DNA of 44,462 nt from Desulfobacterales bacterium. Its GTDB lineage: Bacteria; Desulfobacterota; Desulfobacteria; Desulfobacterales; JAHEIW01. The notes beneath the pieces are model-generated. The model saw nothing but the letters and a program-made list of their open reading frames with translations. It ran no database searches and was not told the DNA's origin. Location: assembly GCA_050122795.1 (NCBI GenBank), contig JASFIG010000002.1, positions 1-44,462 of the forward strand, in the 5' to 3' direction. Within the stretch, counting starts at the first letter, position 1; every line of letters begins with the position of its first letter. The position numbers were made by a program, and so were the translations under genes. Shown here piece by piece: positions 24,776-33,244 of this stretch.

Positions 24776-24896
24776 TTTTTGCCTGGTTTAAAGTTCCGAT
24801 TCACTTTTTTTCCCGGATGAAATCAAATATACGGTTATGGATGGATTCGATCCGCACTTTTATCATCGATAAATTTTTCAAAAAGGAGATTTGAGA

Positions 24897-25865
24897 ATGA
24901 CGACAAGCGACAAAAAGAAAAAAAAGCCCCTGTGGTTGTCAATCGAAGAGAATATTCTCGGGCTTGATTCGCCGGACCTCTCCGGGGAAAACCTGGAAGC
25001 ATCGATTCAACGGCTTGCGGGCGAATTGGACAATGCCGGTTACAATATTTCGCATCATGGGGGCAACATGCTTAAATTGCGATGGGCCATGAATGCAGCC
25101 AGCGCAGTCGGCCGGCCCTTTATGCAGGATCTGAACACAGCCATAGAGGCGCTGACACTGGAGGACGTGGCGGATCCATATCTGGCTTCAGATAAGCTCA
25201 TCGGTGACATCGGACAGACATGGCCGGATCTAAAAAAATCAGAGCGAAGGGCGGATGTTATCAAGATCGTAGAGCAGACCAAACTCGATCTGCTGGTGGC
25301 CAAGGCCAAAAACATGGCCGGCGATGACGGCATCCGAATGCTCATAGAAGAGGAAGTGGCGCCCGACGCAATCACCAGCGCGTTGGAGATTACCGAGGAG
25401 AAGCTGCAACAGGTAAACGCCGAGATCGAAAAGGAGCGCGCCGAGCGGTCCAGGGTCGCAAAATTGCTCAAGGCGGTAGAGGGCAAGTCCAATGATGAAA
25501 AGGTCAAGCACCTTTTTGACAATGACGTCTCCGAAGAATTGATCATCGAGATGGCCCAGGTTGATCAGGCTGCGATTGATGCCGTCAAAAAGGCAATGGA
25601 GGAGGAGCTAAAGGAAAAGCAAAGACTGGAAGCAGAAGCCGCAGCACGCAAAAAGGCCGAGGCTGAAGGTCCTGCTCTGGAAGACATCCCGCCCGAAGAG
25701 ATGCTCGATCACATAGAGGCCATTCGCGAAATCATGGAATTCAGCGATCAGGAAAAAGAAATCAGAGTTATGTGCGAGCAGAGCTCCATCCCCAGGGCCC
25801 TGGTTGACATTGCTGTTTCCGAGCCTGAAAAACTGGATGAGCTTGAAAAAAAGGCTGAGGGCTAA
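24897..25865 (+). CDS. hypothetical acidic, Glu/Lys-rich predicted coiled-coil protein
   Basis: ATG 24897 is preferred over TTG 24891 (AAGGAG SD 8 nt upstream). I recognise no family motif. The C-terminal half is EEELKEKQRLEAEAAARKKAEAE-like. Confidence 0.6.
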   Translation: MTTSDKKKKKPLWLSIEENILGLDSPDLSGENLEASIQRLAGELDNAGYNISHHGGNMLKLRWAMNAASAVGRPFMQDLNTAIEALTLEDVADPYLASDKLIGDIGQTWPDLKKSERRADVIKIVEQTKLDLLVAKAKNMAGDDGIRMLIEEEVAPDAITSALEITEEKLQQVNAEIEKERAERSRVAKLLKAVEGKSNDEKVKHLFDNDVSEELIIEMAQVDQAAIDAVKKAMEEELKEKQRLEAEAAARKKAEAEGPALEDIPPEEMLDHIEAIREIMEFSDQEKEIRVMCEQSSIPRALVDIAVSEPEKLDELEKKAEG

Positions 25866-26192
25866 GCCGACATATTCGTAAACCGCTTCAATTATTAAGG
25901 AATGAGGGGATATCCGACGGTAATTCAACAGAAATCATATCTCCGATACGGCCTCGTCCTGACCGGGCTATTGGATTATGTGAGGATGTCCCCCATTTCA
26001 GCACTTATCAGGCGTTCGTGTTGCGCTTCAAGGCGCTTGGAAAATTTGTTCACATCCAGAAACATTGAATGCTCCTTCATTTCACAATTCTGCGTGTAGA
26101 TCACGATTTCCCATCTGATTATTTTCCGAGTAAATTTCTTATAATTCTGTAATTAATACAAAAATATGATATTATATTTTTTCAATTTAGGC

Positions 26193-26221
26193 TTGACAGC
26201 CGGCCTCGTACTCTGATAAAA
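26193..26221 (+). promoter_or_regulatory. sigma-70-type promoter of the fadR-acad-etf operon
   Basis: TTGACA - 17 nt - ATAAAA. The -10 element abuts the palindromic operator. Confidence 0.5.
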
Positions 26222-26242
26222 ATGAATGAGTGTTCATTCATT
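26221..26242 (+). promoter_or_regulatory. TetR/FadR-type operator palindrome
   Basis: AATGAATGA-GTGT-TCATTCATT has perfect 9-bp arms. It resembles the TGAATGA...TCATTCA box bound by Bacillus/Thermus TetR-type FadR (YsiA), from memory. Confidence 0.6.
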
Positions 26243-26268
26243 TTTTTTGCTTTTGAAAGGATCGCACG

Positions 26269-26886
26269 GTGAGAGCAGTAACCAATCGGGTTGAAAAAAA
26301 TAATAAATATCATCAGATTCTTGAAGCGGCAGTCAAGGTTTTCGCCAGGCAGGGATTTCACCAGTCAACAGTTGCTCAGATTGCCAAAGAAGCCGGTGTG
26401 GCCGACGGCACCATTTACTTATATTTTAAGAACAAGGACGATATCCTGGTCCAATTCTTTCGCTTTCGGACCAAACAAGTCTTTGCATCCTTCCGGGAGG
26501 CCGTCGATGGGGCCGAGACCAGCACCGATAAACTCCGGAAACTAGTGCGCCGCCATTTGGCCGAGTTTCAGCGCGACAGAGATGGGGCGGTGGTCTACCA
26601 GGTTGAAACCCATCAGAACAGCCGTCTGGCCGAAGCACAAATTCGAGAAATGTCTAAAATGTATCGGGATCTGATATCTGAAATAATTGAACAGGGCCAG
26701 CAGGAAGGGGCAATTCGCAAAGATCTGTATCTCGGTCTGGTCAAGCGCTTTATCATCGGGGCGGTGGATGAAGTCATCAATACCTGGCTGCATGCCGAAG
26801 AAGACTATGATCTGGTTTCCATGGCCGATCCGCTGGTCGAACTGTTTATCAAAGGAATCGAACAAAGGGATGGCGTCGGCGCATAG
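26269..26886 (+). CDS. TetR/AcrR-family regulator, FadR (YsiA)-like fatty-acid degradation repressor
   Basis: 205 aa, GTG start. ILEAAVKVFARQGFHQSTVAQIAKEAGVADGTIYLYFKNKDDIL is the TetR HTH. The gene precedes acyl-CoA dehydrogenase and etfBA. Confidence 0.8.
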   Translation: MRAVTNRVEKNNKYHQILEAAVKVFARQGFHQSTVAQIAKEAGVADGTIYLYFKNKDDILVQFFRFRTKQVFASFREAVDGAETSTDKLRKLVRRHLAEFQRDRDGAVVYQVETHQNSRLAEAQIREMSKMYRDLISEIIEQGQQEGAIRKDLYLGLVKRFIIGAVDEVINTWLHAEEDYDLVSMADPLVELFIKGIEQRDGVGA

Positions 26887-26942
26887 ATCGCATCGGATCC
26901 TGTCAAACATCCGTGAATGAATTTTAAACAAGGAGATAGAAA

Positions 26943-28763
26943 ATGGCACAAACCATAGCAGATCGTCGGGATATTGATTTTGTTTTGCATGAACAGCTCC
27001 AGGTGGAAACCCTGAGCGAGCATGAGCGCTATGCAGAATTTAATAAAAAAACCATTGATTTGATCGTATCCGAAGCCCGTAATCTGGCAGTCAAGGAGCT
27101 TTTACCGATCAATTTCGAAGGTGACCGAGAAGGCGCTCGCTTTGATAACGGTCGGGTGACTGTTCCGGAATCTTTTCATAGGGCCTGGGAGCTGTTTAAA
27201 GAAGGTGAATGGGTTGCCCTTTCCGATGATCCGAAATGGGGCGGGCAGGGCATGCCGGTGAGCCTGTCTCTGGCAGTTAATGACCTTTTTATCGGTGGCA
27301 ATTTTGCCTTTATGATGTATCCCGGTCTGACTCACGGGGCCGGAAGACTGATTCAAACATTCGGCACCGATCAACAAAAAAAACTCTATTTGAAAAAGAT
27401 GTTCACCGGTGAATGGACCGGCACAATGCTGTTGACCGAACCCGAGGCGGGGTCCGATGTCGGTGCGCTGACCACTACGGCTGTTAAAAATGAGGACGGC
27501 ACCTATTCGATAACCGGCAACAAAATTTTTATTTCTTCTGGTGAACATGATCTGGCGGAGAACATCATTCACCCGGTGCTGGCCCGTATTGAAGGCGCGC
27601 CGGAAGGCACCAAGGGGATTTCTCTGTTTCTGGTCCCCAAGATCCGGGTAAATGACGATGGCAGCCTGGGCGAGTTCAATGATGTGATCTGCACCGGTGT
27701 TGAGGAAAAAATGGGCATTCACGGTAATTCCACCGCCTCCTTATCCCTGGGCAGCAAAGGCGATTGCCGGGGAACCCTGCTGGGTGAGGAAAACAAAGGC
27801 ATGCGGGCCATGTTCCAGATGATGAATGAAGCCCGGCTGCTGGTAGGGCTCCAGGGCCTGGCCTGTGCCAGCTCGGCTTACATGTACGCCGTCAATTATG
27901 CCCGCGAGCGGGTACAGGGTCGCCATCTTTTAAAAGCTCAAGAAGACGATGCCCCATCGGTGCCCATCATCGAACACCCTGATATCCGGCGCATGCTGTT
28001 GACCATGAAGTCCTATGTCGAAGGCATGCGCAGCCTGCTGTATTTTATCGGAAACTGCGAGGACAAATCGCGTCTGAGCGCCAAAGAAGCCGATAAAGCC
28101 AGATACCAGGGGCTGATTGACCTGCTCATTCCTATCGCCAAGGGATATGTTACCGACAAAGCCTTTGAGGTGTGTAGCTTAGGGGTTCAGGTTTACGGCG
28201 GCTACGGCTATATCAAAGAATATCCCGTGGAGCAGCTTTTACGGGACTGCCGGATCACCCAGATTTATGAAGGCACCAATGGCATTCAATCCATGGATCT
28301 TCTGGCCCGTAAACTGGGTCTTAACGAAGGCAAGCCGGTGATGGATCTGCTGGGTGAGATCCAGCAGACCCTGGCTGCTGCAAAAGCCATTTCAAAACTC
28401 GAAGGCGCAGCCGCCGAAGTCGAGGCTGCTGTCAACAAGCTGGGAGAAGTAATGTTGCACATTGGCCAGGCAGCGCTGTCCCTGGAAACTCGCATGAGCG
28501 CCTTTGCGCACGCTTATTCCTTTATGGAAGTCTGCGGCGATGTCGTTTTTGCCTGGCTGCTGTTATGGCGGGCCACCCTGGCGGCGCAAAAGCTGGAAAA
28601 CGGTGCCCGCAAAAAGGATGTCGCCTTTTACGAGGGACAGGTTAAAAGTGCCGAGTTTTTTGTGCACTCCATTTTGCCGGTGAGCACCGGCAAAATGAAG
28701 GTAATCCTCGCAGCCGACACCGCCGCTGTTGATATCTCCGAAGATGCTTTCGGGGGTAAATAG
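26943..28763 (+). CDS. long-type acyl-CoA dehydrogenase with C-terminal extension
   Basis: 606 aa. LTEPEAGSDVGAL, GEENKGMRAMFQMMNEARL and QVYGGYGYIKEYPVEQLLRDCRITQIYEGTNGIQ are ACAD signatures. Confidence 0.9.
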   Translation: MAQTIADRRDIDFVLHEQLQVETLSEHERYAEFNKKTIDLIVSEARNLAVKELLPINFEGDREGARFDNGRVTVPESFHRAWELFKEGEWVALSDDPKWGGQGMPVSLSLAVNDLFIGGNFAFMMYPGLTHGAGRLIQTFGTDQQKKLYLKKMFTGEWTGTMLLTEPEAGSDVGALTTTAVKNEDGTYSITGNKIFISSGEHDLAENIIHPVLARIEGAPEGTKGISLFLVPKIRVNDDGSLGEFNDVICTGVEEKMGIHGNSTASLSLGSKGDCRGTLLGEENKGMRAMFQMMNEARLLVGLQGLACASSAYMYAVNYARERVQGRHLLKAQEDDAPSVPIIEHPDIRRMLLTMKSYVEGMRSLLYFIGNCEDKSRLSAKEADKARYQGLIDLLIPIAKGYVTDKAFEVCSLGVQVYGGYGYIKEYPVEQLLRDCRITQIYEGTNGIQSMDLLARKLGLNEGKPVMDLLGEIQQTLAAAKAISKLEGAAAEVEAAVNKLGEVMLHIGQAALSLETRMSAFAHAYSFMEVCGDVVFAWLLLWRATLAAQKLENGARKKDVAFYEGQVKSAEFFVHSILPVSTGKMKVILAADTAAVDISEDAFGGK

Positions 28764-28767
28764 TAAC

Positions 28768-28958
28768 GGGTTCTGGGTTCCGGGTTCAGAGGTTCAAAGG
28801 TTCTGGGTTCAGTCTGTGGCTGCTGGTCTCTGGTTGCTGGCAGCTGGCAGTTCATCAAGTGGTCATTGGCTCTTAGCCAGAAGCCAAAAGCGAGTAGCCA
28901 GCGGCCTTAGCATTGAAACCTTGAAAGCTTGAACCCTTGAACGCTGAACCTATGAACC
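28768..28958. repeat. heptamer-word inverted repeat, 12 + 12 heptamers with two nested word types
   Basis: Left arm is GGGTTCT GGGTTCC GGGTTCA GAGGTTC AAAGGTT CTGGGTT CAGTCTG TGGCTGC TGGTCTC TGGTTGC TGGCAGC TGGCAGT (28768-28851), followed by a 22-nt loop. Right arm is TAGCCAG AAGCCAA AAGCGAG TAGCCAG CGGCCTT AGCATTG AAACCTT GAAAGCT TGAACCC TTGAACG CTGAACC TATGAAC (28874-28957). The inner TGGCAGC/GCCAG words and outer GGTTCA/TGAACC words pair in nested order. Confidence 0.9.
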
Positions 28959-29088
28959 TGCTGAGGGCTATTGCCCGAAGCTGAAATTTTTGATATGCAT
29001 GCTCCTTTGGTTTAAATGCCGCAATCACCCCTGTTGCGGATAAGCTGCTGAGATTGCTTCAGATACAAAAAGAGGGAAAACCAAAATA

Positions 29089-31224
29089 ATGGAATCTGCC
29101 TTGATTTCGCCGGCTGCTGCAACCGTTGCCGGCATTCCGACGATCGTTTTTTCGATCCTCATCCCGCTTGTCGGTGTTGCCATTTTTGTCTACATCATGT
29201 ATCGCCGGGTCCAGCCGCTGATAAAAGCGGCACCCGATGAGCGCTTTGGTTGCATCGGGCAACGGATCGGCCTGACGCTTAAAATCTGGCTGGCCCAGTG
29301 GCGTCAGCCTCGCTATTTGCTGGCCGGAATTATCCATATTTTTATTTTTGCCGGTTTTATTATCTTGGGCGCCCGTTCTACCCAGCTGGTCATACTGGGT
29401 TTTTCGGAAAATTTTGTTTTACCCGGATTCAGCGGGAATTTTGGCCAGTTCTATAATGTCGTAAAAGATTATGCTGCCACCTGGGTTTTGATCGCCTGTG
29501 TGATCGCTGCCGTGCGCAGGGGCATTTTTAAGCCCTCACGGTATGCCGTGCCACCCCGTTACGGAAAAGATCACACCGCAGAGGCCATTTTTGTTCTGGG
29601 TTTGATCTCAACGCTGATACTCACCGAAAGCCTGTTCGAAGCCAGCCTGGTGGCTGCCGAGACCCAGAAGGGGTTGCATGCCGAATGGCCTGCATCCCTG
29701 AGCCTGGCCTGGTTTTTCAGCCATATGCTCAGCGGCGCTTCTCAAACGGCACTGCAAAATACGCATCTGATCACCTATTTTATTCATGATCTGACCTTTT
29801 TCTTTTTCCTGTGCTTTTTGCCCCTGGGCAAGCATTTTCATGTGATCACCTCTATTTTCAACGTGTTTTTCATGCGGGTTGAAAAGGGCACTGTCAAGCC
29901 GGTGCGGCACGGGATCTCCGATGAGCAGCTGGATGACCTTGACTCATTTGGCGTCAAGGTCTTTGAAGATTTTACCTGGAAACACATGCTTGATTTTTAT
30001 TCCTGTGCCGATTGCGGTCGTTGCTCGGATCGCTGCCCGGCCAATGCCGTCGGGCGCCCGCTCTCGCCGCGTTTCATTTCCATAAAAGGGCGCGATTATG
30101 CCTTCAAGCATTATCCGCTGATCAGCGGCAACGGCGCAGGGGCCAAACCATTGATCGGTGGTACTTACGACGATGATGAAATCTGGTCATGCACCACCTG
30201 CGGGGCCTGCGAACAGGAATGTCCCCTCGGGATTGAATATATCGACAAGATAGTGGATTTACGTCGCGGTATGGTCGATGACGGCTTGGTACCCCAGTCC
30301 CTGCAAAAGCCATTGGGCGCTCTTGAAAAACGCGGTAATCCTTGGGGAAAGATGGAAAGAAAGCGCGCGGATTGGACCAAGGCACTTGCCGAAGAAAACG
30401 GTGTCAAAATTCTTGAAAAGGGTGCTGAGGCCGAAACTCTTTACTTTGTAGACAGTATTACGTCCTTTGACGACCGCATGCAGGAGATTGCACGTTGCAC
30501 TGCACAAATTCTAAATGCAGCCGAAATTGATTTCGGCATTCTCGGCAAAGCTGAAAAAGACAGCGGCCACGAAGCCAGGCGCTTCGGCGAAGAGATGCTG
30601 TACCAGGACCTGCGGGATCAAAATACGGAGGCCATCCTGAATTCGGGCGCGCAACGCATTGTGACCGCCGATCCGCACGCCTTCAATGCCCTGAAAAAGG
30701 ACTACAGCGAGCTGCCGCCGGTGGAACATATCAGCCAGACGGTTGTGCGTCAGGTTCAATCCGGCAAGATTCAGCTCAGAGCGGCCGAAGATCCCTCCAG
30801 GGTCTATGTCTACCATGATGCCTGCTATCTGGGCCGCCACAATAATGTCTATGATGATCCACGAAATGCTATCGATTCGATACCCGGAATCAAACGAATT
30901 GAGATGACCGGCAACTGCCGGGATCGGTCCTTTTGCTGTGGCGGCGGCGGGCTGATGCTCTTTTATGAGCCTGAGGAAGAACAGCGCATGGGCGTGCTGC
31001 GGGTTCAAATGGCTCAAAAATCAGGCGCCAACGTTATTGTGACCGCCTGTCCGTTTTGCCTGCTGAACATAGAAGATGCCATCAAGGTCAGCGGCCTGGA
31101 AGGCCAGATGGAAGCACTGGACCTTACGGAACTGATTGCTCAGCATCTCGTTACAGATGACAGAGTTCAGAGGCCAGATGACAGAAGTCAGAATTCAGAG
31201 GACAGAGAACAGATGTCAGAATAA
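29089..31224 (+). CDS. membrane-bound Fe-S oxidoreductase (N-terminal polytopic domain + 2x[4Fe-4S] + two CCG domains; HdrD/GlpC/DsrK-like), ETF-linked
   Basis: 711 aa with about 5-6 N-terminal TM helices. Motifs: CADCGRCSDRCP, CTTCGACEQECP, and the CCG motifs CCGGGG and CPFC. The last ~23 aa (DDRVQRPDDRSQNSEDREQMSE) are encoded by a heptamer repeat, so the native C-terminus is uncertain. Confidence 0.85.
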   Translation: MESALISPAAATVAGIPTIVFSILIPLVGVAIFVYIMYRRVQPLIKAAPDERFGCIGQRIGLTLKIWLAQWRQPRYLLAGIIHIFIFAGFIILGARSTQLVILGFSENFVLPGFSGNFGQFYNVVKDYAATWVLIACVIAAVRRGIFKPSRYAVPPRYGKDHTAEAIFVLGLISTLILTESLFEASLVAAETQKGLHAEWPASLSLAWFFSHMLSGASQTALQNTHLITYFIHDLTFFFFLCFLPLGKHFHVITSIFNVFFMRVEKGTVKPVRHGISDEQLDDLDSFGVKVFEDFTWKHMLDFYSCADCGRCSDRCPANAVGRPLSPRFISIKGRDYAFKHYPLISGNGAGAKPLIGGTYDDDEIWSCTTCGACEQECPLGIEYIDKIVDLRRGMVDDGLVPQSLQKPLGALEKRGNPWGKMERKRADWTKALAEENGVKILEKGAEAETLYFVDSITSFDDRMQEIARCTAQILNAAEIDFGILGKAEKDSGHEARRFGEEMLYQDLRDQNTEAILNSGAQRIVTADPHAFNALKKDYSELPPVEHISQTVVRQVQSGKIQLRAAEDPSRVYVYHDACYLGRHNNVYDDPRNAIDSIPGIKRIEMTGNCRDRSFCCGGGGLMLFYEPEEEQRMGVLRVQMAQKSGANVIVTACPFCLLNIEDAIKVSGLEGQMEALDLTELIAQHLVTDDRVQRPDDRSQNSEDREQMSE

Positions 31225-31319
31225 AGCGAGAAGGCAAATTGAGGCGAATATTTATCTGTCTTCTGAACTCTGGTATCTGTCCTCTGTTAGTGAATAACCA
31301 ATAACCAATAACGAATAAC
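31154..31319. repeat. heptamer repeats: CAGANNN x10, complementary NNNTCTG x5, then GAATAAC x4
   Basis: CAGATGA CAGAGTT CAGAGGC CAGATGA CAGAAGT CAGAATT CAGAGGA CAGAGAA CAGATGT CAGAATA spans 31154-31223. TTATCTG TCTTCTG AACTCTG GTATCTG TCCTCTG spans 31252-31286. GAATAAC CAATAAC CAATAAC GAATAAC spans 31292-31319. Confidence 0.85.
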
Positions 31320-31338
31320 GACATTCCGGAGGAATAGT

Positions 31339-32130
31339 ATGGAAATTTTGGTTTGTGTCAAAAGGGTTCCGGACACTGCGGAAAATGAAATCGAAGTCAA
31401 CCGGGACGGTTCAGACATCGAGCGCGATGATCTGGTCTACTCGGTCAACGAGTGGGACAATTATGCGGTCGAAGAAGCTATTCAAATCGTCGACAAAGTC
31501 GGTGGCGCCGTGACGGTCGTTTCCCTGGGGGACGAGGATGCCGAAGAAGTCGTCAGAAGAGAGATGGCCATGGGCGCCAACAACGGGATTCTGGTATCCG
31601 ATGATGTCTTTGAGAAGTCGGACGGAAAAGGTATTGCCGCGATTCTGATGTCGGTTGTCGAAAAGGGCAAATACGACCTGATCCTAACCGGCGCGCAGGC
31701 AGATGACGGCGCCGGTCAGATTGGCGGCATGCTGGCGGCCATGCTGGACGTTCCCTATGCTTCGGTTGTCAATTTTATCGAAGTTGTCAACGACAGCCAG
31801 CTTAAGGTCGGCCGGGAAATTGAAGGCGGCAATCAGGAAATGAGCGAAATTGCGCTGCCCTGCGTGTTGTCCATCCAGACCGGTATAAACGAGCCGCGAT
31901 ATGTAGGGATTCGCGGTATCCGCAAAGTCGCCTCGGTGGACATCCCTGTCTGGGGGGCCTCCGATCTGAGCATTGACGCTTCCAGCGTGGGTGAATCCGG
32001 CGCTGCGGTCAAACGGGTCGATTATTTCGTTCCGGAGCTTGGCGAAGGCGCCGAAATTCTCGAGGGCAGCAGTGAGGAGATTGCCGAAAAGTTGATTGAC
32101 CTATTAAAAGCCAAAGGAGGAATAAAATAA
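31339..32130 (+). CDS. etfB: electron transfer flavoprotein beta subunit
   Basis: 263 aa. MEILVCVKRVPD..., with the EtfB layout throughout. GGAGG SD. Confidence 0.9.
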   Translation: MEILVCVKRVPDTAENEIEVNRDGSDIERDDLVYSVNEWDNYAVEEAIQIVDKVGGAVTVVSLGDEDAEEVVRREMAMGANNGILVSDDVFEKSDGKGIAAILMSVVEKGKYDLILTGAQADDGAGQIGGMLAAMLDVPYASVVNFIEVVNDSQLKVGREIEGGNQEMSEIALPCVLSIQTGINEPRYVGIRGIRKVASVDIPVWGASDLSIDASSVGESGAAVKRVDYFVPELGEGAEILEGSSEEIAEKLIDLLKAKGGIK

Positions 32131-33104
32131 TGGCCGCACAGGTTTTCGCATATATCGTACATAAAAATGGTGTTGCCGATGATACGGCTCTGGAACTCGT
32201 TTCAGCCGCTCGAAATATTTTTCCGGATGCGCCACCCACTGCCATTGTGACCGGTGCCGGTGCTGAACTGGATGCGGTCTGCAATGAACTGTCTGCCTCT
32301 TTTGCGGAGGTGTGGAAATTCGACAACGAAGCGCTGGCTTATCCAAATGCCGAAGCCATTCGAAAACTGCTGGTGGCCGTATTGCCGGCAGACGCAGTTG
32401 TGCTCGTGCCGCATGATACCTTTGGAATGGACCTATCACCGGGCCTTTCGGTCAAACTGGATTCAGTGTTTGTGTCCGATGCTGCCGGTTTTGAGGGGCT
32501 GGATGGGGACTCCCTTAACGTAATTCGTCAGGAGTACAGCGGTCAGGTCAGCACCCATTTGACAGCAGATATTTCCGCCGGTGCCGTTATCAATGTTCGT
32601 CCGGGGGTATTTCAACCGGATGAAAGCAAATCAGCCGGCGGTCAGGTGATTGATAAATCATCGGAAATCGGCGATCTATCCGTTAGCCGACGGTTTTTGG
32701 AAGTTGTAGAGGCCGAGGCCGGAGACGTGGACATTACCAAAGAAGACATTCTGGTTTCAATCGGCCGCGGCATCGAAGATCAGGATAATATTGAAATTGC
32801 TGAAGAACTGGCCGAGGCTGTGGGTGGTGTCGTATCCTGTTCGCGACCGATCGTTGATGCCAAATGGCTTGAAAAGCCGCGTCAGGTCGGGACTTCGGGG
32901 CAGACGGTCAAGCCAAAAGTTTACCTTGCGCTGGGTATCAGTGGCTCTTTTCAGCACCTCGGCGGAATTAAAGGCAATCCCTATATTGTTGCCGTGAATA
33001 AAAACCCCAAAGCGCCCATTTTTCAGGTCGCAGATGTCGGGGTTGTCGATGACCTTCTTGATTTCGTGCCGGTGCTGACTGAAAAGATCCAAGAAGGTAA
33101 ATGA
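32130..33104 (+). CDS. etfA: electron transfer flavoprotein alpha subunit
   Basis: 324 aa. The C-terminal FAD-binding region reads VSCSRPIVDAKWL...QVGTSGQTVKPKVYLALGISGSFQHLGG. TAATG overlap with etfB. Confidence 0.9.
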   Translation: MAAQVFAYIVHKNGVADDTALELVSAARNIFPDAPPTAIVTGAGAELDAVCNELSASFAEVWKFDNEALAYPNAEAIRKLLVAVLPADAVVLVPHDTFGMDLSPGLSVKLDSVFVSDAAGFEGLDGDSLNVIRQEYSGQVSTHLTADISAGAVINVRPGVFQPDESKSAGGQVIDKSSEIGDLSVSRRFLEVVEAEAGDVDITKEDILVSIGRGIEDQDNIEIAEELAEAVGGVVSCSRPIVDAKWLEKPRQVGTSGQTVKPKVYLALGISGSFQHLGGIKGNPYIVAVNKNPKAPIFQVADVGVVDDLLDFVPVLTEKIQEGK

Positions 33105-33132
33105 TCACTGCTTCCATTTGAAGCGTATTTGT

Positions 33133-33176
33133 ATAGCCGTCTGCATGAGGGGTGCCGCCGGACGGCTATTTTTTTC
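33133..33176 (+). terminator. Rho-independent terminator after etfA
   Basis: ATAGCCGTC (33133-33141) pairs with GACGGCTAT (33161-33169), followed by TTTTTTT. Confidence 0.75.
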
Positions 33177-33244
33177 ATCAGTTTTATGCTATCTTTTGTG
33201 CGCATCTAACTATCCGTCAATCTATTCAGCAAACGAGTGGAGCT

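Noticed and set aside
29008-29023. Possible sigma-54 promoter TGGTTTAAATGCCGCA upstream of the Fe-S oxidoreductase gene.
   Set aside because: The spacing is correct, but both halves deviate (TGGTTT for TGGCAC, CCGC for TTGC). The site lies inside an operon with its own sigma-70/FadR-controlled promoter. The shared TGGTTTAAA 9-mer with 17560 may be chance.
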